A stretch of DNA of 64,000 nt from Variovorax sp. (GTDB lineage Bacteria; Pseudomonadota; Gammaproteobacteria; Burkholderiales; Burkholderiaceae_C). Position 1 is the stretch's first letter, and every line of letters begins with the position of its first letter. The DNA lies in assembly GCA_025352265.1 (NCBI GenBank), contig JANXTS010000016.1, positions 58,424-122,423 of the forward strand, written 5' to 3'. Shown here piece by piece: positions 32,017 to 40,364 of this stretch. The notes beneath the pieces are model-generated. The model was given only the letters and a program-made list of their open reading frames with translations. It made no database searches and was not told the origin of the DNA. The position numbers were made by a program, and so were the translations under genes.

Positions 32017-33219
32017 GTGTTCGAGTTTTCCCCCAAGGTCCAGGATCTCCAGATGCGCCTTTCTGCGTTCATGGAAGAGCACATCTATCCGAATGAGAAG
32101 CGCTACTACAAAGAGGCTGAAGAGCTTGGTCCGTGGAAAGTCGCGCCGGTACTCGATGAGTTGAAGCCCAAGGCGCGCGATGCCGGTCTTTGGAACCTCT
32201 TTTTGCCGGAGTCTTCTCATGGTGCGGGTCTCACCAACTTCGAATACGCGCCGCTCTGTGAAATCATGGGTCGATCGCATCTGGCGCCTGAAGTCTTCAA
32301 CTGTTCGGCGCCCGACACCGGCAACATGGAGGTGCTGGCGCGCTACGGTACGCCCGAGCATCAGGAGCGCTGGCTCAAGCCTTTGCTGGCCGGCGAGATC
32401 CGTTCGTGCTTCGCGATGACGGAACCCGACGTTGCATCCAGCGATGCAACCAACATCGAGTCGAGCATCGTGCGCGACGGTGACGACTACGTCATCAACG
32501 GCCACAAGTGGTACACCACCAACGCGACCGACCCACGCTGCAAGATCGCCATCTTCATGGGCAAGTCCGACCCGGACAATGCCGATCGCCACAAGCAGCA
32601 ATCGATGATCCTCGTGCCGCTGGACACTCCCGGCGTGACGGTGGTGCGCGCCATCGCGGTGTTTGGCTTTTACGGCGTGCCCGACCGTGCTTCCGAGGTC
32701 ACCTTCGACAACGTGCGGGTGCCGGCGTCCAACATGCTGTTGGGCGAAGGTCGAGGTTTCGAGATCGCGCAAGGCCGCCTCGGCCCCGGCCGCATTCACC
32801 ATTGCATGCGCCTCGTCGGCCTGGCCGAGCGCATGCTCGAGAAGATGTGCAAGCGCAGTCTGTCGCGCGTGGCTTTTGGCAAACCGATCGCTCAGCAGGG
32901 CGTGACCATCGAGCGCATCGCGCAGTCGCGCATCCTTATCGAGCAGTCGCGACTGCTCACGCTCAACGCGGCGCACCGCATGGACACCGTGGGCAACAAG
33001 ATCGCCAAGGCCGATATTGCGATGATCAAGGTGGCGGCGCCGCAGATGGCCTGCCAGGTCATCGACTGGACCATCCAGGCCTTTGGCGGTGGCGGCACGA
33101 ACAACGACGAAGGCATCGCGTCTGCCTATGCCACGGCACGGCTGCTGCGGTTGGCCGACGGACCCGATGAGGTGCACCGTAACCAGATCGGCAAACTGGA
33201 ACTGGCCAAGTACCGTTAA
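32017..33219 (+). CDS. acyl-CoA dehydrogenase, ACAD10/11/FadE2-like (paralog 2)
   Basis: GTG at 32017 (GAAAGG RBS) aligns with the MDFSP... start of the paralog at 5259. Motifs [48 protein letters not shown]. Confidence 0.87.
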   Translation: MFEFSPKVQDLQMRLSAFMEEHIYPNEKRYYKEAEELGPWKVAPVLDELKPKARDAGLWNLFLPESSHGAGLTNFEYAPLCEIMGRSHLAPEVFNCSAPDTGNMEVLARYGTPEHQERWLKPLLAGEIRSCFAMTEPDVASSDATNIESSIVRDGDDYVINGHKWYTTNATDPRCKIAIFMGKSDPDNADRHKQQSMILVPLDTPGVTVVRAIAVFGFYGVPDRASEVTFDNVRVPASNMLLGEGRGFEIAQGRLGPGRIHHCMRLVGLAERMLEKMCKRSLSRVAFGKPIAQQGVTIERIAQSRILIEQSRLLTLNAAHRMDTVGNKIAKADIAMIKVAAPQMACQVIDWTIQAFGGGGTNNDEGIASAYATARLLRLADGPDEVHRNQIGKLELAKYR

Positions 33220-33245
33220 TCTTCGATCAAACGAAGGAGACAAAC

Positions 33246-34100
33246 ATGCAACAGATTCAAATCGACACGCCGAAGTCCCCGAGGACTCCGGGCTCATCAT
33301 CGTCCTCGTCGGAGCGCGTGATGTGGCTCAACGCCGATCGCGTGCTTTACGTGGGGCTGCATGGCGAACCGTCGTTGCGCACGCTCGGTGCGATCTCCAT
33401 CTATGTATCGCTCAAGTGTCCGCACAAGATCTGCATCGATGGTGAGACGTGGCAGGAGACCGAGTTTTCTGTGGTGCCGCCCGGTGTGCCGCATCGGATC
33501 GCGTCGGGTGAACGCATGATCTGCAATGTGTTGATCGAATCGGAGACGGTGGATCTGCAAAGCTTGCCGGACTACATTCGCAACGGTCGCGGTGCGGTCG
33601 ATGCGCCTGCGGCCCTTAAAGCCATGCGCGATGCGCTGGACCGATTCAAGCGCTGCACGCTGCGGCAGTACGAACGAACTGAAGATTTCGATCGCAACTT
33701 CTTCGGATGTGCTTTGCCCACACGCCCGATCGATCGCCGCATTCGTGCGGTGCTCGACCGCATCAAGCAAGACCCGAACAGCCACACCTCGGCAGAGGCT
33801 TGCGCAGTGGCGTCGCACTTGTCGGTGTCGCGCTTTCTGCATCTGTTCAAGGCGGAAGTAGGGTCGCCGTTTCGGAGTTTCCGAACCTGGCAACGGGCGC
33901 GCAGCGTCCTCTACTACGTGACGCAAAACGCGAACCTGGCGAACTTCGCGCTCGATGTCGGCTACCCGGACTCGACGCATTTCAGCCACTCGATTCGGCA
34001 GGTCTACGGGCTCACGCCCAAGTCTATTTTTGCCGGCTGTCGCAAGCTCGCGCTGTACGGCAGCGGTGCCGCAGCAACGCCCCGCTACGGGTTCGCTTGA
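33246..34100 (+). CDS. AraC family transcriptional regulator
   Basis: 284 aa. C-terminal double HTH (SAEACAVASHLSVSRFLHLFKAEVG ... ALDVGYPDSTHFSHSIRQVYGLTP). GAAGGAGA RBS. Confidence 0.88.
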   Translation: MQQIQIDTPKSPRTPGSSSSSSERVMWLNADRVLYVGLHGEPSLRTLGAISIYVSLKCPHKICIDGETWQETEFSVVPPGVPHRIASGERMICNVLIESETVDLQSLPDYIRNGRGAVDAPAALKAMRDALDRFKRCTLRQYERTEDFDRNFFGCALPTRPIDRRIRAVLDRIKQDPNSHTSAEACAVASHLSVSRFLHLFKAEVGSPFRSFRTWQRARSVLYYVTQNANLANFALDVGYPDSTHFSHSIRQVYGLTPKSIFAGCRKLALYGSGAAATPRYGFA

Positions 34101-34128
34101 ACTGGCTTACTTGGCGGTAGCGGGCGTG

Positions 34129-34155
34129 CGCTGCTGCGCTTGCAGCGCAGCAGCG
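34129..34155. terminator. GC-rich hairpin between convergent genes (12-bp stem, 3-nt loop; no U-tract)
   Basis: cgctgctgcgct-tgc-agcgcagcagcg read directly. It lies between the araC-family stop (34100) and the stop of the - strand gene (34307). Confidence 0.35.
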
Positions 34156-34306
34156 GTGTCGACGGCTTCTGCATCGACGTCGGCACGATTCCTCGACTAA
34201 ACATGGGTGTGCACGCCGTTGTAGGTCTGAGCCTGTGCGCCGGTGAGGGTGAGCAATCACCAGTGCGACGTTTGAAGTTTTACGCCCTGCGCAAGCGCTC
34301 GCTACC

Positions 34307-34744
34307 TCAGGGCCGGCGACGCTGACTCGTGCTCGGCGCGGGCAACTGCATCGGACTTGTCGCGAGCAGATCTTGGTAGAGCGCGTCGGTGGCGCTGAGC
34401 ATGGTGCCGAGCGGATGGGCGCGACAGTATCTTTCTATCGACTGCGCCATCGACTCCGGTGGCGGCAGCGCTGCACTCGTCATGATGAAGTCGAGTCGCG
34501 CCATGTTGGCGCCCGAGAGATAGCCCTGTACCCAGTAGATCCACGGATCTTCCTTGCGCGCCGCGCGCGCTTGCAGGTACTCGTTGCAGCCCTTCACCGC
34601 GAAGCCCTGCACATTCATTTGCGGCTGTGCCTGGGGCTGCGGTAGGCGCGGCGTTTGTTGCGCGTGCGCGCTGTACGTTGTGACGGCGAGCATTGCCGTC
34701 AGCAGGACTGTCGACACCGCGAATGCGGCCTTCGTCTTCGGCAT
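34307..34744 (-). CDS. hypothetical exported protein (two Cys, Gln/Pro-rich linker)
   Basis: 145 aa. Sec signal MPKTKAAFAVSTVLLTAMLAVTTYSAHA. AAGGAGA RBS. Begins 74 nt downstream of the YdjC-family gene on the same strand. No family recognised. Confidence 0.65.
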   Translation of the reverse strand: MPKTKAAFAVSTVLLTAMLAVTTYSAHAQQTPRLPQPQAQPQMNVQGFAVKGCNEYLQARAARKEDPWIYWVQGYLSGANMARLDFIMTSAALPPPESMAQSIERYCRAHPLGTMLSATDALYQDLLATSPMQLPAPSTSQRRRP

Positions 34745-34818
34745 GCGTCTCCTTGCAGTTCGATCTCAGTATGCGGTCCGGCGTTCTGGATGCGGAGCTC
34801 GTCGAGCGGCCGCATGGC

Positions 34819-35724
34819 TCACCAGCGAAGCTCTTCCGGCGCGCCTCGCATGGATTCCGTCAGATCGGCAGGTACTGCCGAGTTCATGGCATGGTCGCTG
34901 AATACGCGCGACAGGGGTACCACGACGATGCCGGCGGTTTGGCGCAGCGCATCGAGATCGAGGGCGCTCAGTACCAGGTACTCGCGTCGACGCGATTCGT
35001 CGTGTGGCGCAGATGGGATGCCGCCCGATGACGGGTGACACATCAACACATCGCCGCTGCGGCACTGCTCGATCCAATGCGCAAATGCAGTCTGGTAGTC
35101 GACATCACCGCCTGGAAACGTGTACACGCCGAGCAAGGAGCGACTCATCGGAATGGCGTGCGCCTGCGCGAGTCGATTTAGTTCTCGACCGCCCAGCGCG
35201 TGGATGATTGCGGCCTTGATGTCGGATTTGCTGCGAGGCAGCCAGCGCGGTTCTGACGGTGCCGTGTTGCGCAGCCACGGCGGCGCCAGGCGATACCGTG
35301 CCTCGATCTCGGCGATCAACAAATCACGCACGCCACGCAGCTGGTGCACGTGTCGATGACCGTCGATGAAGGCGGGCGGCCGACCCATCCGGTCTTCGAA
35401 GCTGTCCAACTGAAGGCGGATCTCGTCACGCAATCGCTTGCCGTTGAGCAAGCCCAGATAGGTGAGTGCGATGAGGGTCGGCAAGCTACCTTCGCGGCCA
35501 CCGGGTGCAGATGGAAAGTCCAGGTCGAGGTGCAGCCCGATGTCGACTTGGTCGGCGTCGAGATGTCGCAATTCATGTGCGCCGGCGTGCCAGAAGTTGC
35601 GCCGCACCATGCAGCCGATGGCGGATATCTTTCCGTGATTGGCGAGTTCCAGCGCGGCGGCGTCGATGCCCTCGCTCAGGCCGAAGTCGTCGACACAAAT
35701 GCACAGGAAGCGCTCGCCGTTCAT
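34819..35724 (-). CDS. YdjC/ChbG-family carbohydrate deacetylase (NaxD/LgmC-like)
   Basis: ATG at 35724 (ATGA overlap with the upstream stop). YdjC-type N-terminus FLCICVDDFGLSEGIDAAALELANHGKISAIGCMV, plus GLHLDL and DGHRHVH metal-site motifs. Confidence 0.82.
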   Translation of the reverse strand: MNGERFLCICVDDFGLSEGIDAAALELANHGKISAIGCMVRRNFWHAGAHELRHLDADQVDIGLHLDLDFPSAPGGREGSLPTLIALTYLGLLNGKRLRDEIRLQLDSFEDRMGRPPAFIDGHRHVHQLRGVRDLLIAEIEARYRLAPPWLRNTAPSEPRWLPRSKSDIKAAIIHALGGRELNRLAQAHAIPMSRSLLGVYTFPGGDVDYQTAFAHWIEQCRSGDVLMCHPSSGGIPSAPHDESRRREYLVLSALDLDALRQTAGIVVVPLSRVFSDHAMNSAVPADLTESMRGAPEELRW

Positions 35725-37361
35725 GGCGTTTCTCCGGTCGACGACGGCGACGGCTTGCCCGAAGTGAAGCAACGCGCATCGGCGACCGGTGGTCCATCGA
35801 ACCGCCACACCGCTGCCTCTTGGTTGTGCGCCGCCATGACGAAGCGTGGGTCGACCAGCCAGGGCGACGTCAGGAACGAAGCCGACGAGCCGACCAGCCA
35901 GGTGCGACGCGGCACGCAGAGCAGGCGGGGCAGGTCCACCCGATTCACCAGCGTACGGGCAGCCCTGCTGGGCTCGAAGTGGCCGGCATCGCTCAGCTCA
36001 TTGCGCCAGTTGTCGTGCAGTGGCAAGGCCGGGTCTTGCCAGTCGCTCACAACCATGGTGGTCTGCTTCAGCTTCCAGTAGAACGGGATCTCGTAGTAGT
36101 AGGCATCGAGCATGACCACTTGATCGTCCGCGCCGATATGCGCTTCAGCCGGCAGGTACAACCGCGCACCGGGAGGCGTTGCCAGACGGTCCGCGGCGAT
36201 TACCGAGGCGACGCAGACGATGGCGGCAACGCCGGTCGTCCAACGCAGCCTCGGGCTGGACATCCACTGCTCGAGCGTCGCTGCGCGCAATGCCTTTGCG
36301 ACAAACCATGCCAGCGGCGGCAAGGCAGGCAGCACATAGCCGATGAGCTTGGATTTCGGCAGTGAGAAGAACACCACGATGACGATGAACCAGACGAGCA
36401 TGAGCCAGTCGACATCGGAGAACGTGGTGAACCTTCCTGAGGCCCCGGAGGGAACTGAAGACGGCGAAGTCTGGCTGGTTCGCAGCTGCATGACAGAGTT
36501 CCAGGCAATCCATCCGACCCAAGGCAAGGTCAGCCCGACGATCACCGGTCCGTAGAACCAGAACGGGTGCGCGTTGTTGAAGCCTGCTGCCGCGAAACGC
36601 CTGAAGTGCTGCGTCACGACGAAGTAGTCATAGAAGCCGGGATAGCGCCACTGCATCGCAATGAACCACGGTGCGGCGATTGCCAAAAAGATGCACCATC
36701 CAGGCCACCATGCGAGCATCGATGCCATGCGAAACCGTCGGGTCACCAGGCACCACGCGAGAAAGACGGCACCGGGAAGTACGAACCCGATCAGCCCCTT
36801 TGCCAGCACACCCAGGGCGGCCATCAAGAAGGCCAGCGCGAGCGCACTCCGCCACGCTTCACCATGCTCTTTCATAAGTACAGCGTGCGCCGCTGCAAGC
36901 ACCGTCGCCGAGATACACCCGGCCACCAGCATGTCGAGATTGGCGAACTGCGCTCCGACGTAGAAAAACGGCATTGTCAACAGAACGAGCGTGGCGACGG
37001 CTGCGCTTGCATGGTCGGCCCAGCGCCGCGCGAACAGGAGGAACGGGCCGGCTGCCAGCGTCGCGCCGAGCACCGATGGCAGACGCGCCGGCCATTCCGA
37101 CACGCCGAAGGCTGACATCGACGCAGCGCCGATCCAGTAGAACAAAGGTGGCTTGTGGAAGAACGGAAGACCGTCGAGACGTGGCACCAGCCAGTCCCCC
37201 GTTCGCAGCATTTCGAGCGCGACGCCTGCGTAGCGGCCTTCGTCCGGTGCAGTGAAGCGTCGCACGCCAGCCGTGGCTGCAAGCCAAAGAAAGATGATCG
37301 CTATGAAGATGAAAGTGCGGCGCCAATCGGCCTGTCGATGCGACTTCCCCAGCGACTCCAT
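35721..37361 (-). CDS. ArnT-like (GT39/GT83 family) lipid-linked glycosyltransferase, polytopic membrane protein
   Basis: ATG at 37361 inside track ORF 35721..37760. ArnT/PMT signature PDEGRYAGVALEMLRTGDWLVPRLDGLPFFHKPPLFYW. More than 10 hydrophobic segments. 1-nt TGATG overlap with the GT2 gene. Confidence 0.85.
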   Translation of the reverse strand: MESLGKSHRQADWRRTFIFIAIIFLWLAATAGVRRFTAPDEGRYAGVALEMLRTGDWLVPRLDGLPFFHKPPLFYWIGAASMSAFGVSEWPARLPSVLGATLAAGPFLLFARRWADHASAAVATLVLLTMPFFYVGAQFANLDMLVAGCISATVLAAAHAVLMKEHGEAWRSALALAFLMAALGVLAKGLIGFVLPGAVFLAWCLVTRRFRMASMLAWWPGWCIFLAIAAPWFIAMQWRYPGFYDYFVVTQHFRRFAAAGFNNAHPFWFYGPVIVGLTLPWVGWIAWNSVMQLRTSQTSPSSVPSGASGRFTTFSDVDWLMLVWFIVIVVFFSLPKSKLIGYVLPALPPLAWFVAKALRAATLEQWMSSPRLRWTTGVAAIVCVASVIAADRLATPPGARLYLPAEAHIGADDQVVMLDAYYYEIPFYWKLKQTTMVVSDWQDPALPLHDNWRNELSDAGHFEPSRAARTLVNRVDLPRLLCVPRRTWLVGSSASFLTSPWLVDPRFVMAAHNQEAAVWRFDGPPVADARCFTSGKPSPSSTGETP

Positions 37362-38404
37362 CACGTCTTGTCGCCTTTGAGTCCGGTGCCCGTGACGCTC
37401 TTGACCACGTAGAGCGGGCGGCCCTTCACTTCCTCGAAAACTCGGGCCACGTATTCGCCGACGATGCCGGTGGAAATCATCTGCACGCCCATAAAGAACA
37501 TCAGGCTCACCATGATGGTCGACCAGCCAGAAACGGCATCGCCCACCACGAAGTGATCGATGATCAGGAACACGCCGTAAGCGAATGCGGGCACCGCCAT
37601 CAACAGCCCGAAGATGCTGACCAGCCGCAGTGGCCAAGTAGTGAAAGACGTCAGTCCATCGACTGCCAGATGCACCAGCCGCAGCACGCTGAAAGTGCTG
37701 ACGCCTTGCGCTCGTGGCGCTGGCGTGTAAGGCAACGGCACAGCTTTGAAGCCGACCCATGCATACAGGCCCTTCATGAATCGGCTGCGCTCGGGCAGGC
37801 TGAGCAGCGCATCGACCACCTTGCGGTCCATCAACCGGAAATCACCTGCGTCCTTCGGCAGTTCGAAGCGGCCGGACGAGTTGACCAGCTTGTAGAAAAG
37901 GCGGCTACCCAAGCGCTTGAGTGTTGATTCGTCGGTGCGCGCTTCCCGAACGGCATAGACGACTTCGGCGCCCTCCGACCACTTGTCGAGCATCGAGCCG
38001 ATGAGCGATGGTGAATGTTGCAGATCGCCATCGAGCAGGATGACGGCGTCGCCGTGCGCTGCCTGAAGGCCCGCGGTCAGTGCGGCCTCCTTGCCGAAGT
38101 TACGCGACAGCGTGATGCAGCGAAACCCTTCGAGTTCGCACCATGCCGACACCACCGCAGCGGTGTTGTCGGTGCTGCCATCGTCGACCACGATGATTTC
38201 CCAGCGCAGTCGCGTGGCCCACAGGATCTCTTCGAGGCGGGGCAGCAGCACGCGCAGATTGGCTGCCTCGTTGAAGCATGGGATAACGCATGAAACACTG
38301 CGTGCTTCGGCAGCGTCGACGGCATCCGCGGCGTCCGCCGCGTCGGTGGCATCTTGGAACAGTCTCGGCCCCGCATGCGTCGGCCGGTTCATGATGCGTT
38401 CCAC
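37361..38404 (-). CDS. family-2 glycosyltransferase, polyprenyl-phosphate sugar transferase type (ArnC/LgmA/GtrB-like)
   Basis: Motifs VSCVIPCFNEAANL, VVDDGSTD, LDGDLQH (DxD), and two C-terminal TM helices typical of ArnC/GtrB. The 38404 start is GTG; ATG at 38392 is an alternative. Confidence 0.85.
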   Translation of the reverse strand: MERIMNRPTHAGPRLFQDATDAADAADAVDAAEARSVSCVIPCFNEAANLRVLLPRLEEILWATRLRWEIIVVDDGSTDNTAAVVSAWCELEGFRCITLSRNFGKEAALTAGLQAAHGDAVILLDGDLQHSPSLIGSMLDKWSEGAEVVYAVREARTDESTLKRLGSRLFYKLVNSSGRFELPKDAGDFRLMDRKVVDALLSLPERSRFMKGLYAWVGFKAVPLPYTPAPRAQGVSTFSVLRLVHLAVDGLTSFTTWPLRLVSIFGLLMAVPAFAYGVFLIIDHFVVGDAVSGWSTIMVSLMFFMGVQMISTGIVGEYVARVFEEVKGRPLYVVKSVTGTGLKGDKT

Positions 38405-38617
38405 TTGACATGCGTCGATGGTTCATCGGGTGGCAGGTTTCGTCCGGCATTGCACCGTGCTGTGCGCGGTGCCCAGGATTTGGGATCGTCGCGTGCAGGT
38501 ATCCACTGCAACAGCGACACGTTGACGGCATTCGTCATTTCCAGCCTTTGAACCATAAGTAAGGGGTCTGCCGGCGCATGCGCGTGAGCAGGGGTCGGCG
38601 TCAGACGACGTCGCTTG

Positions 38618-39067
38618 TCAGGTCGTCTGCGGCGAGGCGGTGTGCGGCGGTTGGGTTCGCCAGAGCACAGTGGGCGGCGGAGCGCCACTGGTGTACGGCA
38701 CGCGCTCGGTAATCGTGCGCTCGATGGGCACGAGCAACCGGAGCAACGCGACTGCGAGTGGCAGCAGCAACAGAACCAGAGCCATCAACACATCGAGTCC
38801 ATGCGCAAAGGCATTGGGCACGTCGATATGCGCTGCCGCCGGGACGTAGAGCGTTGTCTCCAGTTCCATGCTGTGATCGTCTCGATCGTCCGGCGAAAAC
38901 AGCGCCATCGCCTCTACGTTTCGGACGCGAAAACCCGGTTCGTCTTCCCACCCGTCCTGTCGGAAATGCGTGAAGAGAAAGGGTTGCAGGACGGTCAACA
39001 CGACGCCCGCCAGGCACCACCACATGAAGTGTGTTGCGACGAGGCGACGAAGAAGGATGGTGCTCAC
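38618..39067 (-). CDS. hypothetical membrane protein (2 predicted TM segments)
   Basis: 149 aa. Hydrophobic segments FMWWCLAGVVLTVLQPFLF and VLMALVLLLLPLAVALLRLLV. GTG start without a clear RBS. An antisense ORF of similar length exists, so the call is tentative. Confidence 0.4.
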   Translation of the reverse strand: MSTILLRRLVATHFMWWCLAGVVLTVLQPFLFTHFRQDGWEDEPGFRVRNVEAMALFSPDDRDDHSMELETTLYVPAAAHIDVPNAFAHGLDVLMALVLLLLPLAVALLRLLVPIERTITERVPYTSGAPPPTVLWRTQPPHTASPQTT

Positions 39068-39184
39068 GGCACGATTTTATGAGGCGCTTTCAATTAGTAC
39101 CTGAACGTGCTAGTCAGCTTGGTAAATAAATTTTGCCGGTCGCAGTGTTCGGATCCCAAAACACGACGCGAAAGGCAAAATTGC

Positions 39185-39218
39185 AAAAGCCCGCTATCAA
39201 ACTGATAGCGGGCTTTTC
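39185..39218 (-). terminator. Rho-independent terminator downstream of tRNA-Thr (bidirectional shape)
   Basis: aaaa-AGCCCGCTATCA-aac-TGATAGCGGGCT-tttt: perfect 12-bp stem with A and T tracts on both sides, 10 nt past the tRNA 3' end. Confidence 0.8.
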
Positions 39219-39228
39219 TTGACTGCAT

Positions 39229-39304
39229 TGGTGCCGGAGAGATGAATCGAACACCCGACCTTCTCATTACGAATGAGCTGCTCTACCGACTGAGCTACAC
39301 CGGC
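39229..39304 (-). tRNA. tRNA-Thr (anticodon CGU)
   Basis: The reverse complement folds by hand as a cloverleaf: GCCGGTG-TA-GCTC-AGTCGGTA-GAGC-A-GCTCA-TTCGTAA-TGAGA-AGGTC-GGGTG-TTCGATT-CATCT-CTCCGGC-ACCA. Encoded CCA; one acceptor-stem mismatch. Confidence 0.9.
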
Positions 39305-39315
39305 TTAGCCTCTGA

Positions 39316-40332
39316 TTATAGCGGGTCGTGGTAGCGGGTCAGGCGCTCCACCTCGTTTTTCGAGCCGAGAACCACCGCGACGCGCTCGTGCAGTTTGGTT
39401 GGCTGCAATTCGAGGATGCGCTGCCGGCCGTTGGTCGCGGAACCGCCGGCCTGCTCGACCAGCCAGCCCATGGGATTGGCCTCGTACATCAAGCGGAGCT
39501 TGCCGGGCTTTTCGGGTTCGCGCTTGTCCCACGGGTACATGAAGACGCCGCCGCGCATCAGGATGCGGTGCACGTCGGTCACCATGCTGGCGATCCAGCG
39601 CATGTTGAAGTCTTTTTCGCGCGGGCCTTCGGTGCCGGCGAGCATCTCGTCGATGTAGCGTTTGACCGGGGCATCCCAGTGGCGCATGTTGCTCATGTTG
39701 ATAGAGAACTCCTTGGTGTCCGCTGGGATACGCAGATGTTCTTGCGTGAGCACGAAGGAGCCTTGCTCGCGGTCGAGCGTGAACATCGCGACGCCATCGC
39801 CGACCGTCAGCACCAGCGTAGTCTGCGGGCCGTAGATGCAGTAGCCGGCAGCCACCTGATTCACGCCCGGTTGCAAGAAGTCGGACTCCTGCACGCCGTG
39901 CTCGCCTTCGGGCTTTTTTAAGACGCTGAAGATGGTGCCGATGCTGACGTTCACGTCGATGTTGCTGGAGCCGTCGAGCGGGTCGAACAGCAGCAGGTAT
40001 TCGCCTTGCGGATAGCGGTTGGGCACCACGTAGATGCTGTCCATCTCTTCGCTGGCCATGGCCGCCAGGTGGCCGCCCCATTCGTTGGCCTCGATCAGCA
40101 CCTCGTTGGCGATGATGTCCAGCTTCTTCTGGATCTCGCCCTGCACGTTCTCGCTTTCGGTCGAGCCCATGATGCTGTTCTCGCCGCCGAGCTGGCCTTT
40201 GTTCACGGCCATGCTGATGCTTTTGCAGGCGCGCGCGACGACTTCGAGCAGCAGCCGTAGCTGTGCTGGAATTTTTCCGTCGACGCGCTGCTGTTCGACC
40301 AGATAGCGGGTGAGTGAAATGTTTTGTGCCAT
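39316..40332 (-). CDS. fbp: fructose-1,6-bisphosphatase class 1
   Basis: ATG at 40332 inside track ORF 39316..40935. 338 aa. Motifs [29 protein letters not shown]. Confidence 0.93.
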   Translation of the reverse strand: MAQNISLTRYLVEQQRVDGKIPAQLRLLLEVVARACKSISMAVNKGQLGGENSIMGSTESENVQGEIQKKLDIIANEVLIEANEWGGHLAAMASEEMDSIYVVPNRYPQGEYLLLFDPLDGSSNIDVNVSIGTIFSVLKKPEGEHGVQESDFLQPGVNQVAAGYCIYGPQTTLVLTVGDGVAMFTLDREQGSFVLTQEHLRIPADTKEFSINMSNMRHWDAPVKRYIDEMLAGTEGPREKDFNMRWIASMVTDVHRILMRGGVFMYPWDKREPEKPGKLRLMYEANPMGWLVEQAGGSATNGRQRILELQPTKLHERVAVVLGSKNEVERLTRYHDPL

Positions 40333-40364
40333 GAATGCTTCTTTCGAACTGGGGCCTCTGGCCG

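Noticed and set aside
38540-38562. PmrA/PhoP-box-like sequence (minus strand CTTACT-TATGG-TTCAAA) upstream of the lipid A modification operon
   Set aside because: Only the first hexamer resembles the enterobacterial CTTAAT half-site; the second matches 3 of 6. This is too weak to claim without a PWM and knowledge of the local regulator.
38389-38688. 99-aa ORF in the leader upstream of the GT2 gene (possible small protein MTNAVNVSLLQWIPARDD...)
   Set aside because: Third-position G+C is visibly lower than in neighbouring genes. There is no RBS, no hydrophobic or recognisable motif, and the N-terminal half is poly-Arg/Pro. It is more likely untranslated leader. Kept only as a note under the 38405-39304 finding.
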